DNA of 64,000 nucleotides from an uncultured Gammaproteobacteria bacterium (GTDB lineage Bacteria; Pseudomonadota; Gammaproteobacteria; JAURND01): NCBI GenBank assembly GCA_963714975.1, contig CAVQQD010000003.1, positions 544,001 to 608,000 of the forward strand, read 5' to 3'. Shown piece by piece: positions 57,798 to 64,000 of this stretch (position 1 is its first letter; each line of letters starts with the position of its first letter). The notes under the pieces were generated by a model. It saw only the letters and a program-made list of their open reading frames with translations, ran no database searches and was not told where the DNA came from. The position numbers and the translations under genes were made by a program.

Positions 57798-58143
57798 AAA
57801 ATTACCTCTTTTTTATATTTTGTAAATCATAAAATTCTCCTAAATCCATAATCAAATGAAATGTTCCCAACGAAATCCTGTAATGATATGATGCAGGCAG
57901 CTTTTGAAAATGTCATTAAGCGCATAATATTTTTTATGGATACCACATTCAATCTTTTAAACAACAGTGATCTTGCTAAAAGCGAAATAGTTACTTGGGC
58001 ACAAGTTAGAGATTTGGTGAACGCGGCAAATCCAAGCTTGGCAGAAATAATTGATGAGCTTAAACCTTCGGTAAAGCACACACTAATCTTTGCCAGCTAT
58101 CCTTTTGGTAGCAATATCTTTGATAAAGGTGAACTGTATATTC

Positions 58144-59693
58144 CAATGGCACTACCTTAAGCCACAGAATATTTTAAAATCCTTTTATTTATTTTACGTA
58201 GCAATTTTTCTTTTTCGATTGCTCTGTTTCTCTTCAAGGCTGGAAATGGTTTCGGTCTTTGCTTGACTAGCCTGGGCTCCACCCTATCTGGTCTATTTCC
58301 AACTTTGTTTTGCACAATTAATTTTAACATCTCAATATACATTTTATGGTTGCTCACCTGATTTGAGCTTATAAAATAAGGAATAAATTCATTTAGTAGC
58401 TGCACACTTCCCTTAAAGCTTATTTCCCATGGATTAACGCCATACTCATAACAAGCTTTTGCTATAATTATTCTGATAAAATTATATGCTAATAAATGAA
58501 TTCCTATTTCTTTTCTAACCATTTCTGGTGTTTTGCACGATAACATATCCATATTCATGATACTTTTAATACTTCGCAAATTAAGCTCCACCTCCCACCT
58601 TCGCTTATATATTTGGGCAAGCTCTGCTTTGTGGTATTTTTTGTCTAAAAATGTTGTAACGTATATGTGGCCTGATACTTTAAATTCCCGTATGGAAATT
58701 TGATCGGGGTATGCCTCATATTGCTTTTGTGTCATCCATTCCGGTTTCTGTGGTTTCTCCCAGTTGACAATGTGATCATTTTTACCCAATTTTTGTCCCA
58801 TTCTAAAATCATAATTCCTTTGACTTTGTCCGCGAAAAACACCATCAGCTCCTATTTTTTTTAAGTCCGCCATAAGAAAAAAATTGGGGTAATAACGGTC
58901 ACCCAGCACAATATCGTCGGCTTTAATGCAGTTTATAATTTCTCTTAATAATGAGATTTCTCCTGTGCCCTTTCCTTTGTGAGCCCCTATTGCATAATCT
59001 ATTACGGTTCCCCGCGTCAGTGACATAACGGCTACTATTCGCGCCATAGGAAATCCAGCCCCTTTTTTCTGATTACCATGCTGAGGAAATTTTTTTTGAT
59101 TAGCTTTTGTATCCGACATTTTGACGGTAGATCCATCAAATGCTTTTAATTCTCGGCCATAGACTTTCCATCTCATTGGAATAGATTTCAAAGGGAAAGC
59201 TCCAGATTCTTTAACTAATGCCTTCACAGTATCTTCAGGCAATCGCTTTCTGGCCTTACAATAGGGGCCAGTATTTGAGCTTATTTTATTCTGCTTCTTT
59301 TTTTTACTATGCAGCTGCTCCACAACAACACCAGCAACCGCTTTTTTGCAGGATTTATCTGGATTTAAAACTTGTTTAATAAACGTAAATAAGGTTTTGG
59401 TGGGGCTATATATCCGGTCACGATATTCCCGGCACTCTCTAAGTATCTTCTGACATTTTTCTGAATTCAATAGGTTTAACAGGAAAATGTCTGGTACACC
59501 ATCAGCCAATTCTTGTCTTTTATTTTTAACTTGCTTAATTTTATTTTTCTTTTTAAAATTCACAGATCAGTTTCCTTTTTTTATTATTGTGTGTTTGCTA
59601 CAACAATAATATTAAATTTGGAAACTGATTTCATCTTTTTTCATCTAAATCATAGGCTTATATTCATCTTTGCTCCTTAAGGTAGTGCCATTG
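58144..59693 (-). mobile_element. IS4 family insertion sequence, 1550 bp
   Basis: Perfect 18-bp TIR CAATGGCACTACCTTAAG; 10-bp duplication CTGTATATTC at 58134-58143 and 59694-59703. Confidence 0.95.
58157..59563 (-). CDS. IS4 family transposase
   Basis: YCKARKRL, FDGS, GDRYY, Y.RRWEVE...R.IK (YREK), LAYN. Confidence 0.95.
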   Translation of the reverse strand: MNFKKKNKIKQVKNKRQELADGVPDIFLLNLLNSEKCQKILRECREYRDRIYSPTKTLFTFIKQVLNPDKSCKKAVAGVVVEQLHSKKKKQNKISSNTGPYCKARKRLPEDTVKALVKESGAFPLKSIPMRWKVYGRELKAFDGSTVKMSDTKANQKKFPQHGNQKKGAGFPMARIVAVMSLTRGTVIDYAIGAHKGKGTGEISLLREIINCIKADDIVLGDRYYPNFFLMADLKKIGADGVFRGQSQRNYDFRMGQKLGKNDHIVNWEKPQKPEWMTQKQYEAYPDQISIREFKVSGHIYVTTFLDKKYHKAELAQIYKRRWEVELNLRSIKSIMNMDMLSCKTPEMVRKEIGIHLLAYNFIRIIIAKACYEYGVNPWEISFKGSVQLLNEFIPYFISSNQVSNHKMYIEMLKLIVQNKVGNRPDRVEPRLVKQRPKPFPALKRNRAIEKEKLLRKINKRILKYSVA

Positions 59694-61014
59694 CTGTATA
59701 TTCCTGATCAAACGGGTCAATTATCCGTACTTAAAAGCCATAACATTCCAGCTGAAATAAGAGATCAATTAAGTTATAGCTTTTCTCCAATTGCTACTAT
59801 TTTGAATAAATCAATAGAAATATACGTGGAAACCCCAGAGCATCGTACTATTCCCTTCAAATTATTTGGACCAGGCACGACTATAGGGGTGTGGGATATT
59901 ATGACGCATCCCCTAGTTTCTTTACGACAAGCCTGGTCTTGGAGTGTCACTGCGGGTGCGCGTACTCTTTTCATGCTTCCTAAAATTATGGATACAGCAA
60001 ATCATGTCAAACTGCAAAGAGCCTACCGAATTCACACCCATGTACCTCGAACTATATTTGAGCAAGGCAAAATTTTTGCCCAAATTTATAAAAATAAAGC
60101 CTCCGAAAACCCATGGCATACTCACATACTATTTTTTTCCAAGAAATGGCTAGAACCACACCCTAAAAATATTGGTTGGATTAAATTGAAAGAATATTGG
60201 GCTCAAGAAGCATGGACCCAAATGCTATATTGGTCTAATAAAATGATTTTAGACTTTAACTGGGAACTTTATATCGCAGAGTTGACCAAAAGAAAAATTA
60301 AACTAAAACCTTATCTTCTCGATACCGTTAAACATCTCATTTCCATTGGCTGCGGAGTAATCCCAGGGTTTAGGCCAGCCGACACAAGCGAACAAGTTGC
60401 GCCGACACATTTAATCCAAAAAGCTTATATTAATGACTATCGACTAAAAACCTATGCGCCTATCCTCATGCACCCCGATTTTTTAACTCCAACTGGCGCT
60501 ACCAAATTGGTTTACTATTCGCTGCAAGCGCCAACCTTACCTGAACAACCATTTGAATTTGAAATATTTTCCAGTGTTGTTAAGATTATTCGTGAACTTA
60601 AGGATTATATGGATATTTTTTTAGTAGTGATGAAAAAATTACCAAAAATTAATAACAGAGCACTGGACTTAATAGAAAGCGTCCATTTTGATTATTTTCA
60701 TACTGAAAGGGACGAATATAATACTATTAAATATTCCGCAGATATGGTTAAATTGGATCCATCTTTAACCAATTGTTCGAAAGAATTTGGCAATCGTCAA
60801 TTTCCTGAGAATGCCCCTTTTTTTAAAGGGTGTGTTCGTATTTCGATTAACGATTCAGAAAATAAAGATGGGTAATTAACCTAAGATTTTTTATTCAAGT
60901 TATACATCTATCTACATATCAAATTAGTTTTTGTCCCATGTATTGGGCATATCTTAGGAAAGGCAATTCACCAAAGGAGCAGAGAATAATAAAACGACCT
61001 TGAGGTAACGGGTT

Positions 61015-61998
61015 ATGTTATATAGAAAATTAGGGTGCACAGGATTCGATACCAGCATGATTGGTTTTGGGACATGGCAGTTAGGCGAACAACGGTGGAA
61101 TCCCCCCTCCGATATAGATAGTGTTAGGCTATTACAAGAAAGTCGCGAGCTGGGGATAAATATTTATGATGTTGCGGTAGTTTATGGCCAATATCAAGAT
61201 TCACTCGGTTACTTACAAAGTAGGTCGCAAGAACGACTTGGACAAGCCTTTGCACACCAACGCGATAAAGTGATTTATTGTTTAAAATTAGGGCAGTTTG
61301 ACGAATATAGCCATCGTCACGATTACGAACCCAAGCGCATTATTGATCAGTTTCAACATTCATTACGCCGCTTAAAAACTGACTACATCGACATATGCTT
61401 AATCCATGCTCCTTCCATTTATGAAGTTAAAAGTCAAAAAGCCATTACGGTGTTAAAAACACTGCAAGCTCTGGGTCGAGTACGCATGGTTGGCTATAGT
61501 TTTGAAGCGGAACCTGAACACGCATTGCTAGCCATAACACAGCCCATTGACGTAATCATGTTCCAGTATAATTTATTAGACCAAGAATGCGCGAAAGTAA
61601 TGGACGAAGCTCGTACTAGAGGGATTGGCGTCCTCTGTGGCGGAGTTTTTAAACGAGGTTATCTTACGGGGCGCTATTTAAGCATTGCGGATTTGCCAAT
61701 GGATGATTATTGGCAATGGAACGTCAAATTGAATAAAGGGGAAGTGGAGCAAATTTTATCACGAGTCAATCGGCTTATAGAGGAATATGGATCTCCAGGG
61801 AGGTTACGTAAAGCCGCTTTGTCCTATATTTTACAATGGTCTGGCGTTGCGTCCTGCATTATAGGTCACAGAAGTATCAAAGAGGCATCAGAAAATATTC
61901 GCTTTGTGGAGCAATTATCTGAAGAAATTGGACAGTTTATTCCAGAAATACCGCCTTTAGAAATTGGTCAACCAATTAATTCGGCTTATTTAATTTGA
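61015..61998 (+). CDS. Aldo/keto reductase
   Basis: GFGTWQLG, D.A.VYG, SLRRLKTDYID..LIH, QYNLL. Confidence 0.9.
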   Translation: MLYRKLGCTGFDTSMIGFGTWQLGEQRWNPPSDIDSVRLLQESRELGINIYDVAVVYGQYQDSLGYLQSRSQERLGQAFAHQRDKVIYCLKLGQFDEYSHRHDYEPKRIIDQFQHSLRRLKTDYIDICLIHAPSIYEVKSQKAITVLKTLQALGRVRMVGYSFEAEPEHALLAITQPIDVIMFQYNLLDQECAKVMDEARTRGIGVLCGGVFKRGYLTGRYLSIADLPMDDYWQWNVKLNKGEVEQILSRVNRLIEEYGSPGRLRKAALSYILQWSGVASCIIGHRSIKEASENIRFVEQLSEEIGQFIPEIPPLEIGQPINSAYLI

Positions 61999-62005
61999 TG
62001 TTTTC

Positions 62006-62647
62006 ATGGTTACACTAATGACTAACGAACTCTATGAATGCTTATTAAAAAGTAATTCTCCTCAGCGCCTCCAGCAACAAATTGAATTTATTATGGAGCT
62101 GGACAAACTAAAACAAATCTTACGCCAAACCTCATTACTTGACCAATCTCGAAAGGAAAATGATGCTGAACATTCCTGGCATATTGCAATTATGGCCATG
62201 ACATTAGCCGAGTACGCAAAACCCGGGGTAGATATTAACCGAGTTATACGTATGCTGTTGGTTCACGATATTGTTGAAATAGATGCAGGGGATGTTTTTC
62301 TTTATGATCAGACCTTCTCTGCAACACTAAAACAGCAGCAAGAGCAGCTAGCCGCCGAACGTATCTACAATTTATTGCCTAATGACCTTGGTGCTGAATT
62401 GATGGCATTTTGGCAAGAATTTGAACAAAGGCAAACTCCAGATGCAATATTTGCCCGAGCCTTAGATCGATTACAGCCACTTTTGCATAATTTCTATGTT
62501 GGGGGAGGTCCCTGGAAACGTCGCGAAGTAACTGCAGAACTGGTTGTGACTATGAATAAACACATAATTCAGGAGGCTTCGCCCTTACTCTGGGAGTTTG
62601 CTGAAAAGCTGATTGAAGAGGCGAGTATTAATGGGTACTTTGACTAG
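62006..62647 (+). CDS. HD domain hydrolase (YfbR/HDDC2-like)
   Basis: DKLK.I.R, ENDAEHSWH, MLLVHDIVEIDAGD, W.EFE, A.ALDRLQP. Confidence 0.9.
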   Translation: MVTLMTNELYECLLKSNSPQRLQQQIEFIMELDKLKQILRQTSLLDQSRKENDAEHSWHIAIMAMTLAEYAKPGVDINRVIRMLLVHDIVEIDAGDVFLYDQTFSATLKQQQEQLAAERIYNLLPNDLGAELMAFWQEFEQRQTPDAIFARALDRLQPLLHNFYVGGGPWKRREVTAELVVTMNKHIIQEASPLLWEFAEKLIEEASINGYFD

Positions 62648-62879
62648 GATATTATAAAGAAAATATTTGCTAAAAATTATAGGTTCATTTAGTATTTGAC
62701 TTAAATAAAACACTAAAATAATATAATTCACATCAATAATATTTAAAAATAGCAAGAAAATATTTAGTAAATTTTAAATTCGACATAAAAATATGTGGAT
62801 TGATCCCTGAAAAAACTGTATTTTTAAAAAGGGTCAACTGTTAGGTTGACTATTTTTTGGGCAAAGATCAGGAAAAATC

Positions 62880-63548
62880 ATGACAGGAAGTTTAGACAGT
62901 AACAATTTAATGGGATATTTACTCACAGATTTTATTTACACTTTTCCGGAAATAGCACACTTTAAGGAAAGTAAAAATTTTACTTATCAGTTTTCTAATC
63001 GTTCTAACCTAGGCGTATATAACTTAACCAATGAACAAGATATTATAGGTAAGACAGTTTTTGACTTAAATAACACTGTGATGAATGGCAAATGGCCACC
63101 AGGATTTGCCAGTGAAATTCATCAATCTGATTTATCCGTAGTCACCAGTAAAAAACCTTTGAAATTAGATCATAAAATTTTTTTAAACCAAGCTGGATTT
63201 CTTGTAATTCATTCGATGATAAAAATGCCGGTATTTAACTCTGGACATGAAGTATTTGGCATACTAACTTTGAGCTTCGACTCTACAAAAATGACTGATA
63301 TTTTTCGAGTAAAAAAATTGTATGCTAATTTTTACAGTAATAAAGAATCTAACGTACGTTTCATGATGCACTTAGGATTTCATGAAGGAGTAAAATTAGG
63401 ACTCTCTTCAAGAGAAATAGATTGTCTTCTGGGAATAGCGAAATGTAGAACCTACAAAGCTACTAGTCGATTTTTAAATATTTCAACCAAAACAATTGAT
63501 AACCACCTAAACCGCATTAAAGAGAAACAGGAGGTTATTATTCTGTAA
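62880..63548 (+). CDS. PAS + LuxR-type HTH transcriptional regulator
   Basis: IIGKT.FDL PAS-like segment; LSSREIDCL...LNISTKTI..HL..IK.K; possible frameshift in the last codons. Confidence 0.85.
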   Translation: MTGSLDSNNLMGYLLTDFIYTFPEIAHFKESKNFTYQFSNRSNLGVYNLTNEQDIIGKTVFDLNNTVMNGKWPPGFASEIHQSDLSVVTSKKPLKLDHKIFLNQAGFLVIHSMIKMPVFNSGHEVFGILTLSFDSTKMTDIFRVKKLYANFYSNKESNVRFMMHLGFHEGVKLGLSSREIDCLLGIAKCRTYKATSRFLNISTKTIDNHLNRIKEKQEVIIL

Positions 63549-63600
63549 CAGATCTAATTAACAAATTTTATCAAATTAAATAAGCCAACCGATACAGCAA

Positions 63601-64000
63601 ATGAAATTACGTTTATTAATAGCAAGTATCATAGGAAATATTTTAGAATTGGTACGATTTTGCTATATAGGCACATGGCAGGAACAACTGCTGTTTTATT
63701 TTTCCCTGCCCAAAATATTACTGCTGCATTATTGCAAGCATTTTCTGTATTCACGGTAGGATATTTAGCCAGACCAGTGGGCGGTATAATATTTGGCCAT
63801 TTGGGTGATAAACTAGGCCGTCAGCGTTTCTTTACGCTTTTCCATGTATATGATGGGTACTGCTACATTTTTTATGGGATTCCTACCTAGTTACTCCCAA
63901 AGAGGTATACTTGCTCCTATATTGCTAATTATTCTCAGAATACTTCAAGGTATTTCTGCAGGTGGTGAAATGATAAGCTCTAAGGTTTACGTCTTCTGAG
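63601..64000 (+). CDS. MFS transporter (ProP/MHS family), frameshifted and partial
   Basis: GNILE/WYDF across a frameshift, FFP, GYLARPVGGIIFGH.GDK.GR, later LRILQG.S.GGE. Confidence 0.85.

Larger units (their letters stand above)
57861..60875 (+). pseudogene. Hypothetical gene (about 485 aa when rejoined) interrupted by IS4
   Basis: Removing the IS and one target copy joins ...FDKGELYIP to DQTGQL... in frame. Confidence 0.8.

Overview
Chromosomal segment of a Legionellales/Coxiellaceae-like gammaproteobacterium (inferred from Dot/Icm genes and PmrA-type boxes). 1-33.2 kb is core chromosome. It holds housekeeping genes (rpe, gshA, erpA, hemJ, bioC, comF, coq7, coaE, shortened pilBCD), Dot/Icm type IVB genes (icmV-dotA, dotDCB, icmH-icmF) and four orphan proteins that look like effectors. 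Those proteins carry eukaryote-type motifs: two tandem paralogues with N-terminal APC/C D-box matches (one ending in CaaX, one with LxxIxE), a UIM+PPxY+TM protein, and a possible macrodomain protein. From tRNA-Thr(CGT) at 33.24 kb to the window end lies an integrated conjugative island. It has an integrase/excisionase, a lambdoid-type replication module with iteron-like repeats directly upstream of an Lvh-order VirB2-B11/VirD4 operon, a TraA relaxase/oriT/TraD module, and AT-rich cargo that includes an IS4-disrupted gene. Several MITE/REP families are present, three with visible target-site duplications and two apparently inserted in frame in IcmF and VirB4. Many single-base frameshifts may be sequencing errors. 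All family calls come from motif recognition by eye; no searches were run.
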